Counted from the stretch's first letter, positions 18,412-28,801 are shown. The stretch is DNA of 64,000 nucleotides from an uncultured Chloroflexia bacterium (GCA_963755285.1 CAVWJB010000001.1:167333-231332); one strand, 5' to 3'. Notes: a model not told the origin generated them from the sequence alone. Made by a program: numbers and translations.

Positions 18412-19947
18412 ATGTCTGAACGACCGACCGAGCCCTACCCCGATCCGGCCGACCTGTCCGCCCGGACGCCCGAGACGGTGGGGCGCGACCCGGATCCGGC
18501 CGGTCCCGCTGCCCCGACGCCCGTCAGCCCGGCCAGGATCACGACGACATCCGGCCCGACCCCGGCCCCAGAGGCAAGCGGGCCGCAGCCGGCCGACCTG
18601 TGGCCGGCGCCGACCCCGGCCGGTGTCGCGGGCACCGGTGCGACCCCAGCCGCGGAGCCAAGTGCGGCCTTCTCGCCGGCGCCGGACCGGGTCGACCGCG
18701 ACCGGGTGACCTGGCAGACGACGGTCCAGCCCACCCCCGAGTCATGGTTCGAGCCATCGGCGGCCGCCGCTACGACCGTCGCCCTCCCGGCACCGCCGGT
18801 CCGCGAGGCTCGGCGCCCGGCGGGGATCGTCGGGCCCGTCCTGGCCGCCTCGCTGATCGCGGCCGTCCTGGCATCCGGCGGCACCTACCTGACCCTGCGC
18901 GCCTCGGGTGCGCTCGACCAGCCGGCGCCGCCCGCCTCCGTTCCGTCCGGCCAGATCGCGACCGCGCCGCAGCCGGTCAAGATCGACGAGTCGTCGGCGA
19001 TCATCTCGGTCGCCGCCAAGGTCAGCCCGGCAGTGGTCCGGATCGTCAGCTCGGCGAACGCGACGACCGACCCGACGTCGATCCCGTCCGAGGGCATCGG
19101 TTCGGGCATCATCTACGACCCGAATGGCTGGATCCTGACCAATCGTCACGTGGTCTCGGGCAGTGGCACGCTCAAGGTCCAGCTCAAGGACGGCCGCGAG
19201 TTCACCGGCACGATCTACGGGATCGACACCCTGACCGACCTGGCGATCGTCAAGATCGACGCGACCGACCTGCCGACGGCGCCGATCGGCAAATCCTCGA
19301 CGCTCAAGGTCGGCCAGACGACGATCGCCATCGGCAGCCCGCTCGGCACGTACACGAACACCGTCACGAGCGGGATCCTGTCGGCGACCGGTCGGAGCAT
19401 CGACACGGACAGCGAGCACATCAACAACCTGCTCCAGACCGACGCCGCAATCAACCCCGGCAACAGCGGCGGGCCGCTGCTCGACGCCGGCGGCAACGTC
19501 ATCGGGATCAACACGGCGATCGCGGCGAACGCCAACGGGATCGGCTTCGCGATCCCGATCGACATCGCCCGACCGATCATGGACCAGGCCGTCGCCGGCC
19601 AGAAGCTGGCCCGCCCGTACATCGGCATCCGCTACGAGATGCTCGACCTCAAGCGCGCCGACCAGCTCCACCTGACCGTCCACGAAGGTGCCTACGTCGA
19701 CGGCGGCCAGAATGCCGGCGGCCAGTCGACCGAGGCGGTCGTGCCGAACGGCCCGGCGGCGCAGGCCGGGATCGAGCCGGGCGACATCATCGTCTCGATC
19801 GAAGGCTCGCCGGTCGACACCGAGCATCCCCTCGACTCCGTCCTGACCCAGTTCGCGCCGGGACGAACCGTCACGCTCGGCGTCCTGCGGGACGGCCAGA
19901 AGATGGAGATCAAGGTCACCCTGGGGACCCGGCCCGCCGACCTCTGA
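18412..19947 (+). CDS. HtrA/PepD-like S1C serine protease with PDZ domain
   Basis: A Pro-rich N-terminus and TM helix are followed by ILTNRHV, DLAIVK and GNSGGPL (catalytic triad context), then a C-terminal PDZ domain. Confidence 0.9.
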   Translation: MSERPTEPYPDPADLSARTPETVGRDPDPAGPAAPTPVSPARITTTSGPTPAPEASGPQPADLWPAPTPAGVAGTGATPAAEPSAAFSPAPDRVDRDRVTWQTTVQPTPESWFEPSAAAATTVALPAPPVREARRPAGIVGPVLAASLIAAVLASGGTYLTLRASGALDQPAPPASVPSGQIATAPQPVKIDESSAIISVAAKVSPAVVRIVSSANATTDPTSIPSEGIGSGIIYDPNGWILTNRHVVSGSGTLKVQLKDGREFTGTIYGIDTLTDLAIVKIDATDLPTAPIGKSSTLKVGQTTIAIGSPLGTYTNTVTSGILSATGRSIDTDSEHINNLLQTDAAINPGNSGGPLLDAGGNVIGINTAIAANANGIGFAIPIDIARPIMDQAVAGQKLARPYIGIRYEMLDLKRADQLHLTVHEGAYVDGGQNAGGQSTEAVVPNGPAAQAGIEPGDIIVSIEGSPVDTEHPLDSVLTQFAPGRTVTLGVLRDGQKMEIKVTLGTRPADL

Positions 19948-20044
19948 GGCTCCGCGCGTCTCGACGCGCCACCACATCCGGGCCCTGGCGTTCCCCCGGC
20001 GTCGGGGCCCGGCCTGGCCGCGCCCCGGTCAGGCCAGCCGGCCG

Positions 20045-20413
20045 TCAGCGCCTCGGGCGCGACCGCTGGATCTCGACGCCCGCGTACGCCAGCGTGCCGT
20101 CGATCGGGGCATTTGGCTTGCGGACCCGGACCGTCACGTCGGAGATCGGGAAGTCCGCCAGGAGCTCGTGGGCGATCGCCTCGGCCAGCGCCTCGATCAG
20201 CCGGAAGCTCGTCGACTCGACGATGCTCCGGCAGGTCTCGAAGACGATGCCGTAGTCGACCGTCCGGGTCAGGTCGTCATCGATCCCGGCCGGCTGGAGG
20301 TCGAGCTCGAGCTCGACGTCGACGTGGAACGGCTGGGCCTCGCGTTGCTCGTGCTCGAGGACGCCGTGACGGCCCATGAACACCATGTCATGGAGGACGA
20401 TCCGATCGGTCAT
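20045..20413 (-). CDS. folB: dihydroneopterin aldolase
   Basis: IVLHDMVFMGRHGVLEHEQREAQPFHVDVEL..DYG. Confidence 0.92.
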   Translation of the reverse strand: MTDRIVLHDMVFMGRHGVLEHEQREAQPFHVDVELELDLQPAGIDDDLTRTVDYGIVFETCRSIVESTSFRLIEALAEAIAHELLADFPISDVTVRVRKPNAPIDGTLAYAGVEIQRSRPRR

Positions 20414-21264
20414 CGGACGATGGCGTCGGTCATCCGGGCGACCCGGACGTTGGCCAGGACGTCGTGGACCCGGACGACGTCGACGCCCGAGGCGATCCCG
20501 AGCGCCGTCGTCGCCAGGGTCGCCTCGAGGCGCTCGTCGGCCGGCAGGTCAAGCACCCGGCCGAGGGTCGACTTGCGCGACGTCCCGAGGAGGATCGGCC
20601 GCTCGAGAACCCGCAGCGAGGCGAGCTCGCGAAGCAGGGTGAGGTTGTGCTCGGGGGTCTTGCCGAAGCCGAAGCCCGGGTCGACGAGCAGGTCCTCCCG
20701 GCGGCAGCCCGCCCGCACGGCACGCTCGATCGCAGCCTCGAGATCGGCCACGATCTCGGCCATCAGGTTGTCGTAGCGCGGCTCGGCCCGGTTGTGCATC
20801 AGGACGATCGGCACGCCGCGCTCGGCGGCCAGCGCGGCGAGGGAGTCGTCGTCGGACACGCCCCAGACGTCATTGATCAGCGACGCCCCGGCGTCGATCG
20901 CCGCGGCGGCGACCGCGGGCTTCGTCGTGTCGATGCTGATCGGGATGGCGGGATGAGCGGCGTGCAGGGCGGCGACGACCGGCAGGACGCGGTCCCGCTC
21001 CTCGGCCTCGTCGACCGGCTCGTGGCCGGGCCTCGTCGACTCGCCGCCGACGTCGAGCAGGTCGGCGCCGTCGGCCACCATTCGCCCGGCCAGGTCGACC
21101 GCGAGCGCCACGTGATCGCCGGGCCGGCCGACCAGCAGGCCGTCGCCGCTGAACGAGTCCGGGGTCGCGTTCACGATCCCCATCACGAACGTCCGCGTTC
21201 CCCAGGCGAACGACCGGCCGCCGATCGTCGTCGGCTCCGGCCGGCCATGGGTCGCGTCGATCAT
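20410..21264 (-). CDS. folP: dihydropteroate synthase
   Basis: MGIVNATPDSFSGDG..DVGGESTRPG..SIDT..INDV..GTSRKS. Confidence 0.95.
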   Translation of the reverse strand: MIDATHGRPEPTTIGGRSFAWGTRTFVMGIVNATPDSFSGDGLLVGRPGDHVALAVDLAGRMVADGADLLDVGGESTRPGHEPVDEAEERDRVLPVVAALHAAHPAIPISIDTTKPAVAAAAIDAGASLINDVWGVSDDDSLAALAAERGVPIVLMHNRAEPRYDNLMAEIVADLEAAIERAVRAGCRREDLLVDPGFGFGKTPEHNLTLLRELASLRVLERPILLGTSRKSTLGRVLDLPADERLEATLATTALGIASGVDVVRVHDVLANVRVARMTDAIVR

Positions 21265-22674
21265 CGAACGGCCACCAGCGCTTCCGGCCCGGGTGGCGTC
21301 GAGGTCGCCGTGCCCGGCTCGTCGCGCAGCTCCGGGTCGTCGACGAGGATCGCCCGGACGGCCCCGACGAGATAGAGCGAGCCGGCCACGACGACCGGCC
21401 CCGGGGCCTCGGCGAGAGCACGCTCGAGGGCCGCCGCGACCGGGGTCACGACCTCGGGCCTCGAGCCGGGCGCCACCGCCGCCCAGCCCTTGGCGAGCCT
21501 TGCCGCCGGGAGCGCCCGCGGCAGGTCGACCTCCGTGCAGACGACCCGGGCCGCGCGGGCGATCGGGGAGGCGGCGAGCGCCGCCAGCACGCCGGCGACG
21601 TCCTTGTCGGCCATCGTTCCGAGGATCAGCGTGACGGGTGGCGGATCGGGTTCGTCGCCGCCGAGCAGGGTCGGCCGGAGGTCATCGAGAGCACGGGCCA
21701 GGACGGCCGCCCCGGCCGGGTTGTGGGCGCCGTCGAGGAGGACCTCGCGGACCGAGCCGTCGGAGGTACCCGAGCGAGTCTCGATCAGCTCGAGCCGGCC
21801 GGGCCAGCGCGCGTCGGCGAACCCGCGTCGGCGGGCAACCGCGGAGACGACGGCAATCCCCCGTGCCTCGATGGCGTCAAGGACCGCGTCGGCCACGGCG
21901 GCGTTGGCCGCCTGGTGACGACCGCGCAGGCCGATCCGCGTCTCGCCCAGCCGGGGCAGGTCGACGACGATCCCGTCGCGGTCCCAGCCCAGCAGCGGCG
22001 GCGCCACGACCTCGGTCAGCGGCACGCCGAGCCGATGCGCGCGCCGACGGACGACCCGGAGCGCGTCACCGACGGCGCCGGTCACGGCCAGGTCGCCGCG
22101 CTCGATGATGGCCGCCTTCTCGCGGGCGATCGCGGCCACCGTCGTCCCGAGCCGATCCGTATGGTCGAGGTCCACGTTGGTGATCGCGGCCACTCCGCCA
22201 TCCCAGGCGTGGGTGGCGTCGAGCCGGCCGCCCAGCCCAACCTCGACGAGGGCGAGGTCGACCCGCGCCTCGGCAAACCAGCGGAACGCGATCGCGGTCA
22301 GGATCTCGAACTCGGTCGGCGGGCCGGACCGGCGCCCGACCCGTCGGGCGGCGTCGAGCACCTCGCCGGCGAGCCGGGCGAAGGTCGCCGGATCGACGAG
22401 CCGGCCACCGACCTGGACCCGTTCCCGGTAGCTGACCAGGTGCGGCTTGGGTGTCTCGCCGACGCGCATGGCCGGCCGCCTGCAGGGCCGACGCGGCGAG
22501 GGCCAGGACGCTGCCCTTGCCGTTCGTCCCGGCGACGAGCGCACCGCGGAACGACAGCTGCGGATCGCCGAGCTCGCGCAGGAGCGCCCGGGTCCGACCC
22601 AGTCCGAGTCGGATCCCGAACCGGCCGCGATCCTGGAGGGCCCGGAGCGCCTCCTCGTAGGTGAGGTCGCTCAC
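21261..22674 (-). CDS. folC: dihydrofolate synthase / folylpolyglutamate synthase, frameshifted as assembled (~22468)
   Basis: The N-terminus with P-loop VAGTNGKGSV..LQAAGH is in the frame of ORF 22066..22674. The continuation RVGETPKPHLVSYRERV..LGGRLDAT..ITNVDLDH is in the frame of ORF 21261..22544. Confidence 0.85.
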
Positions 22675-22675
22675 G

Positions 22676-23071
22676 TCACTCCCGTGACAGCTCGTCCTCG
22701 TAGAAGACGCACTGGTTGAACCGGGGGGTCAGGCAGACGTCGTTGACGTAGCCCTGCTCGAGGTGGACTCCGCCGCGCAGCTGGCAGCGCGAGATGTTCG
22801 CGTCCTGCCGGATCAGGGCCTTGAGCAGGTGCGGCGCCTGGATCGGAATCGCACCGCGGGTCCCGGTCATGTAGAAGTGAGGGCAGACGTTGCGCCTGAG
22901 GTTCGGCAGCCCGAACCCCCCACCGCGAGCCATGACCGGAAGGGGCGGATAGCCGGTCCGCGGCCCGGCCGGCGGGCTGCCGGCGGCGACCCTGGCGATC
23001 GGACCGAGCCCGAACGATGGGCGGCCGGTCGCTCCAGACGGGTGGCTGTTCTTGGGCTTCCGGGCCTGCAC
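22676..23071 (-). CDS. hypothetical Cys-containing protein
   Basis: 131-aa ORF with high GC3 throughout. The C-terminal part reads CPHFYMTGTRGAIPIQAPHLLKALIRQDANISRCQLRGGVHLEQGYVNDVCLTPRFNQCVFYEDEL. Its stop is 1 nt before the folC GTG. Confidence 0.6.
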   Translation of the reverse strand: MQARKPKNSHPSGATGRPSFGLGPIARVAAGSPPAGPRTGYPPLPVMARGGGFGLPNLRRNVCPHFYMTGTRGAIPIQAPHLLKALIRQDANISRCQLRGGVHLEQGYVNDVCLTPRFNQCVFYEDELSRE

Positions 23072-23199
23072 GCATCCCTCGCGATCGGGCGGACGTCACC
23101 GTACGCCCGCTCACCGCGCCAGAGTACAACGCGGGGGCTGCGCGGGGGCCGGGTGGGAGACGGCTGGCGAATCGTCCGCGCGTGCGACAATGCGGTTCG

Positions 23200-24399
23200 A
23201 TGTCGAGCCGGCGCCAGCGCATATCCCAGGTCAGACCCCGTCCGCCGTCGACGGGCCGTCCGGCACCAGCGAAGCGGCCGACCCGGCCACCGGCCCCGAA
23301 CCGCATCGCGCCGCATCGCAAGATCGAGCGCGGCTCGGCGATGCCGGTCTATCTCCGGGTGCTGATGGTGGTTGGCATCGTTGCCCTCGGCGGCGTGATC
23401 CTGTTCGCCGGGATCGGCGTCCTCGGGCGAGCCGTGGCCCTGGTCTCGACCAGCTTCTCCGAGGCGATCTCGCAGGTCACGAACAGCCCCAGCCCGAGCC
23501 CGAGCGAGGCGATCGCCCCGAATGCGCCGGCCCTGACCGTGCCGGCCGAGTCGTACACGAACCAGGCCTCGGTCGACCTGAGCGGCTCCGTGCCGGCCAC
23601 GTTCGCGGGCCAGCAGGACGTGACGATCCGGATCTACCGCCAGCTCCCGGACCAGGGCCCCGAACGGCTGACCGAGATCCCGGTCGGTGAGACGCCGGCG
23701 TTCATCGTCCCGGGCATCGAGCTGGCGAAGGGTCGGAACGACTTCACGGCGACGCTCGTCAGCCCCGGCGGCGAGAGCGATCCGTCCGCCCCGATCACGT
23801 TCATCCTCGACACGTCCAAGCCCAAGGTCACGGTCACCAAGCCGGACAACGACGCGGTGGTCAACGGCAAGACGGTGACGATCGTCGGCAAGACCCAGGC
23901 CCGCAGCTCGCTCGTGGCCAAGAACCTGGCGAACAACGCGTCGGTCACCGGCAAGGCCGGCGACGACGGGGCGTTCAAGCTCATCCTGGCCGTCGCCACC
24001 GGCCCGAATGCGATCCGGATCACGGCGACCGATCCGGCTCAGAACCAGGCCGCCGTGGTCATCAACGTGAACCGCGGCGGCGGCAAGCTCCGGGCCGAGA
24101 TCACCGCGTCGCGCTACCAGTTCTACCGCAAGCGGCTGCCCGCGGACGTGACGCTGACGGTCGAGGTCACGGACCCCGATGGCCATCCGCTCGACGGAGC
24201 GACGGTGACCTTCCAGCTCACGCCGCCGGGCGTCGCCCCGATCACCCGGACCCTGACCACGGACGGTGAGGGGCGCGCTCGCTGGCGAACCGCGATCCCC
24301 AAGGGCGCCTCGGTCGGCCGGGGCGTCGCGGCGGCGCTCGTCCATACCGGGGACTTCGGCGACACGACGACCCAGACGTTCATCACGGTCAACAAGTAG
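23200..24399 (+). CDS. membrane-anchored protein with repeated Ig-like/beta-sandwich segments
   Basis: Basic N-terminus, TM helix (YLRVLMVVGIVALGGVILFAGIGVL), a Ser/Pro linker, then repeated beta-rich segments (KPKVTVTKPDNDAVVNGKTVTIVGKT..; VTLTVEVTDPDGHPLDGATVTFQL). Confidence 0.75.
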   Translation: MSSRRQRISQVRPRPPSTGRPAPAKRPTRPPAPNRIAPHRKIERGSAMPVYLRVLMVVGIVALGGVILFAGIGVLGRAVALVSTSFSEAISQVTNSPSPSPSEAIAPNAPALTVPAESYTNQASVDLSGSVPATFAGQQDVTIRIYRQLPDQGPERLTEIPVGETPAFIVPGIELAKGRNDFTATLVSPGGESDPSAPITFILDTSKPKVTVTKPDNDAVVNGKTVTIVGKTQARSSLVAKNLANNASVTGKAGDDGAFKLILAVATGPNAIRITATDPAQNQAAVVINVNRGGGKLRAEITASRYQFYRKRLPADVTLTVEVTDPDGHPLDGATVTFQLTPPGVAPITRTLTTDGEGRARWRTAIPKGASVGRGVAAALVHTGDFGDTTTQTFITVNK

Positions 24400-24442
24400 C
24401 CGCCGGCTCGACACGGCGCCAGGTCGCAGCTACCATCCGCCC

Positions 24443-24775
24443 ATGCCGGTCTGGCGCTGCCCGCACTGTGGGACCCCACAGGCGGAGACCGCCCGCTGCT
24501 GGGTCTGCCGCCGCTCGAGCACGAGCTGTGCGACGTGCGCCAACTTCCGCCACGCCGTGTTCGGCGGGCTCGGCTACTGCGGCATCGAGCGCGGCCGGAG
24601 CCCGCTCCAGGGCGACGAGATCCGGCCGTGCTGGGTAGCCCCGATCGCCCTCGTCGCGGAATCCGTCGCGGTCGACGTTCCGGACGACGAACGGCCGTTC
24701 ACCAGCCCGGACCTCGAATCGGGCCCGCTGGCCGGTGACCCCCCGACCAGGTTCTGGATCGAGATCGAGGCCTGA
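24443..24775 (+). CDS. Cys-rich zinc-ribbon-like protein
   Basis: MPVWRCPHCGTPQAETARCWVCRRSSTSCATCANF contains several CxxC pairs. The ATG at 24443 lies within track ORF 24266..24775. Confidence 0.6.
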   Translation: MPVWRCPHCGTPQAETARCWVCRRSSTSCATCANFRHAVFGGLGYCGIERGRSPLQGDEIRPCWVAPIALVAESVAVDVPDDERPFTSPDLESGPLAGDPPTRFWIEIEA

Positions 24776-24790
24776 CCGCCCCGACCTGGG

Positions 24791-26636
24791 TTATGGCGCC
24801 GGCGGGCAGGTCGGGATCGATGCCGGGTCGTAGACGGTGAGGTCGATGGCCGTCCCCGGAGCGGCCTTCTTGCCCGGGAAGCGGCGATTGCTGATAGACG
24901 ATCGAGTCGTCAGCCGCCGTGTAGCCGGGCGGTTCCGGGGTCACCGTGCCGACGACGAAGCCATCTCCGGTGATCTCGGTCGTCGCGCGGCGAGCGTCTG
25001 GCAGCGGTATTCGCCGACGTTGGTCAGCGCCGCCGTGGGCGTCGGTGACGGGGTCGGGCTCGGGGTGGGCGCGGCGGTCGGACTCGGGGTCGGCGACGGC
25101 GTCGCGGTCGGCTCCGGTCCCTTCGAGACCACGTAGTCGACGGTCGTGCCGGTCGTGACCTGGGTGCCGGCGACCGGCGAAGCTGGCGATGACCTGCGCC
25201 CGCCGGGACGGTCGGATCGAAGGAGTCGACCTCGGTGCCCGGGGCCAGGCTCGCCTGGACCAGCGCCGTGACCGCCGCGGCCACCGTCTTGCCCCGGAGG
25301 TCCGGCACGGCCACCACCTCCTGGCCCGAGATCACGGTGATCGTGATCGACGCTCCGGACGTCGACGGTCGTGTTCGCCGGCGGATCCTGGTTGGTGATG
25401 GTCCCTTCGGGCTGATCGTTGCTCTTGACGAACTGGGGCACGAGCTTGAGGCCCTTGGCCTCGGCGAGCTGGGTCGCGGTGTCGACTGTCTGGCCGACGA
25501 AGTTCGGGACGACGACCTGGCTCGGCGGCGGGGTCGACCCACCGGTCAGCAGACGGAAGACGAGGAACCCGACCGCCAGGAGGATGCCGAGGCCGAGCAG
25601 CCCGGCAATCCAGGCCCATGGCCCGGGCCCGCCGCCGTCGTCGGCCGTCGTCGCGGTCGATGCCGATGGCGGAGGAGGCGTGGCACCGGAACCGACGTAG
25701 GCATCCGGGGCGTAGGGGATCGGCGGGTTGGCTCGCGCCACGCCGGCAGCGACGGTTGCGGCGGCGGCGGCAGCGGCGACCGCGCCAGCGGACCGCCCGG
25801 GAGACCCGGCTCGATCGGCCAGCTCGTCGTCGAGCGCGTCGGCCATCGCCTGCGCCGAGTGGAACCGCTCGCCGGGTTCGATCGCCATCGCCTTGCGGCA
25901 GATCGCTTCGAGCACCGGCGGGATCCCGGCTCGATAGACCGATGGCATCGGGACCGGCGGGGTCAGGCGCGCCATGGCGATTGCGGCGGCGCTGTCGCCC
26001 TCGAACGGCCGGCGGCCGGCGAGCATCTCGAACAGGACGACACCGAGCGCGTAGATGTCCGACCGCTCCGTCGCGGTCTCGCCTCTCGCCTGTTCCGGGC
26101 TCATGTACTGGACCGAGCCGAGGGTCGTCCCGGGCAAGCGTCATCTGGGCCTCGGCGATCGCCCTGGCAATCCCGAAGTCGGTCACGAGCACCCGGCCGT
26201 TCTGGGCGAGCAGGATGTTGCCCGGCTTGATGTCCCGGTGGATGATCCCGCGCGAATGGGCGGCTGCAAGGGCCCGGGCAACTTCGGCCGCGATCCTCGC
26301 GGATTGGGCCGGCGGCAGCGGGCCGGTCCGGCGGAGGAGCGTGGCGAGGTCCTCGCCGTCGACGTAGTCCATGACGATGAACGGGCCCGACTCGTCCATC
26401 CCGAAGTCGTGGACGACCACGATGTTCGGCGAGTTGAGCGACGCGACCGACGTGGCCTCGAGCCGGAACCGGGCGACGAAGTCCGGGTCGCGACCGTACT
26501 CCGGACGCAGGATCTTGACCGCGACGTCCCGGCCGAGCTGGCTGTCGGTGGCACGGAAGATCGTCGCCATGCCGCCCTGTCCGAGCAGCTCGACCAGCCG
26601 ATATCGCCCGCCGAGGACGCTTCCGATCTCCGCCAA
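24791..26636 (-). pseudogene. pknB: PASTA-domain Ser/Thr protein kinase (PknB-like) interrupted by at least six indels
   Basis: The kinase domain (GGMATIF, VAVK, HRDIKPGN, DFG) is intact up to AEAQMTL. SVQYMSPEQ, the TM helix and the PASTA-like repeats can be read only by switching frame at about 26136, 25357, 25197, 25180, 24987 and 24872. The stop is TAA at 24791-24793. Confidence 0.85.
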
Positions 26637-26797
26637 GGTGATCCCTCGCTACGGTTCGTGGGTGCCGTCGGGCCGTGTGCGTTCGCGTCGACCGCTTCTG
26701 GACCGGCTCGACGCGGTCCCGGTCGCCGGGCATCGTACCGCACGCGAGGACGGGCGCCGACGATGACGCGTGACGGGTGGGCCGTTCGGGCCCGGCC

Positions 26798-27676
26798 TCA
26801 GAGGGCCAGGTTGGCCAGGTAGTGGCGGAACTCGGCTGACAGGTCCGGCCGCTGGAGGGCAAGCTCGACCGAGGCCTTGAGCCAGCCCATCGTCGTGCCG
26901 GCGTCGTAGCGGGTGCCCTCGAACTCGTAGGCGTAGATCGCCTGCTCCTCCATCAGGGCCTCGATCGCGTCGGTCAGCTGGATCTCGCCGCCGGCTCCAC
27001 GCGGCGTCTGCTCGAGCTTGTCGAAGATCTTCGGGGTGAGCACGTAGCGTCCGATGATCCCGAGGTTCGACGGGGCAACCGATGGGTCCGGCTTCTCGAC
27101 GACGCCCCGGACGCGGTGGAGCCGGCCGTGGTCGAGCTCGTCACCGGCCGGCTCGGGCTCGATCATCCCGTAGCGGCCGGTGTCGTCGGCCGGCACCTCC
27201 GTCACGGCGATGACCGAGGCGTGAACCTGGTCGTAGACGTGGATGAGCTGGCCGATCGCCGGCCGATCGCCGACGACGACGTCGTCCGACAGGATGACCG
27301 CAAACGGCTCGTGGCCGATCAGCTCCTTGGCCACCAGGACGGCGTGCCCGAGACCGAGCTGCTCCTTCTGCCGGACGTAGGCGATCTGGGCCAGGTCGCT
27401 GATGTGCCGGATCCGGCGCAGCATCTCGACGTCGCCGCGCTCCTCGAGCAGGTGCTCGAGCTCGTACGAGACGTCGAAGTGATCCTCGATCGCCCGCTTC
27501 TGGCTGGAGGTCACGATGATGACCTGCTCGATGCCGGCGGCGACGGCCTCCTCGACCGCGTACTGGATGACCGGCTTGTCGACGAGCGGGAGCATCTCCT
27601 TCGGTTGGGCCTTGGTGGCCGGCAGGAAGCGGGTGCCCCAACCGGCGGCCGGGAAGACGGCTTTTCGGACTCGCAT
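26798..27676 (-). CDS. galU: UTP--glucose-1-phosphate uridylyltransferase
   Basis: MRVRKAVFPAAGWGTRFLPATKAQPKEMLPLVDKP. The start is taken at internal ATG 27676 of track ORF 26798..28042. Confidence 0.93.
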   Translation of the reverse strand: MRVRKAVFPAAGWGTRFLPATKAQPKEMLPLVDKPVIQYAVEEAVAAGIEQVIIVTSSQKRAIEDHFDVSYELEHLLEERGDVEMLRRIRHISDLAQIAYVRQKEQLGLGHAVLVAKELIGHEPFAVILSDDVVVGDRPAIGQLIHVYDQVHASVIAVTEVPADDTGRYGMIEPEPAGDELDHGRLHRVRGVVEKPDPSVAPSNLGIIGRYVLTPKIFDKLEQTPRGAGGEIQLTDAIEALMEEQAIYAYEFEGTRYDAGTTMGWLKASVELALQRPDLSAEFRHYLANLAL

Positions 27677-27738
27677 CGATCCTCGGGGCGGCGCTCGTGG
27701 ACCGACGGAGTATAGCGCCGAGGTCCCCGATGGGCCGG

Positions 27739-28740
27739 TCAGGCGAGGGGCACCGACGTCAGCGCCGGGGGCTCGTCGCTGTCGTCCGACGGGGCCTCGG
27801 CGTCGGACGGCGCCGTCGAGCGCTGGAGCAGGAGCGCCGCGCCGAGCACGAGCCCGCCGCCGGCGACCTGGATCGGGCGAAGGGTCTCGCCGAGGACCAG
27901 CGCTGCGAGGCTGGCGCCGACGACCGGCTCGATCAGGGCGAGGATCCCGGTCCGCACGCCGCCGATCGACCGGATCCCGTACAGGTAGAGCGTCGTCGGG
28001 ATCCCCGCTCCCAGCACGCCACCGACGACCAGGTACGGCCACGCCGCCGGGGTTCCGAAGGGCTCGGTCACGGATCCGAGACCGCCGGCGATCGCCGCCA
28101 CGAGGATGAACCCCACCGCCCCGCCGGCGAGCACGGCGAACGACGCCTCGTCGGTCGGGAGCCGCGCGTAGCCGTGGCGGCTGACCAGGATGAAGACCGT
28201 CTGCGAGCCAGCGGCCAGGAAGGCCAGGGCGAGCCCGAGCGGATCGACCGCGATGCCCGACGCCGGGTCGATCCCACCGAGGACCACGATCGCCATCCCG
28301 GTCGTCGCCATGGCCAGCGCCGCGAGCTCGTAGCGATCCGGGCGCCGGCGCTCGATGACGATGACGACCGCGGTGACCAGCGCCGGGTAGGTGTAGAACC
28401 CGAGCAGGGCGAGGGCGATCGTGATCCGGGCGAACGCGCTGAAGATCGCCAGATTCAGGACGGCGCCCGTGACGACCGCGACGAGCAACAGGAGGCGGGC
28501 CCGGCTCGACAGCCGCCCGAGCCCGACGACCGGATGGCCGCGGACCACTCGAGCCGCGATCAGGCCGCCGACGATGAGCGCCCCGAACAACGCCCGCCAG
28601 GTCACGAAGCCGATCGCCTCGACCCCGGCTTGCTCGCTGGCCAGCCGCGAGACCGGGCCGAGCGTTCCGAACAGGACGGCGGCGACGGCGACGGCCACCG
28701 AGCCGAGGGTCACCTGTCGTCGATCCACGCCCATCGACAA
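27739..28740 (-). CDS. EamA/DMT-family transporter
   Basis: Ten predicted TM helices with two EamA-like halves. Confidence 0.88.
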   Translation of the reverse strand: MSMGVDRRQVTLGSVAVAVAAVLFGTLGPVSRLASEQAGVEAIGFVTWRALFGALIVGGLIAARVVRGHPVVGLGRLSSRARLLLLVAVVTGAVLNLAIFSAFARITIALALLGFYTYPALVTAVVIVIERRRPDRYELAALAMATTGMAIVVLGGIDPASGIAVDPLGLALAFLAAGSQTVFILVSRHGYARLPTDEASFAVLAGGAVGFILVAAIAGGLGSVTEPFGTPAAWPYLVVGGVLGAGIPTTLYLYGIRSIGGVRTGILALIEPVVGASLAALVLGETLRPIQVAGGGLVLGAALLLQRSTAPSDAEAPSDDSDEPPALTSVPLA

Positions 28741-28801
28741 AGCGTAGCCCGAGCCGAGGCGACTCGGACCCGCGCGGGCAGTCGATCGAAACCCGCCCGG
28801 G

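Noticed and set aside
19948-20044. Bidirectional terminator between htrA and folB
   Set aside because: Only short imperfect GC hairpins (GCGCGT-CTCG-ACGCGC and a bulged CCGGCCTGGCC/GGCCAGCCGG) are present, without U-tracts. This is too weak to call.
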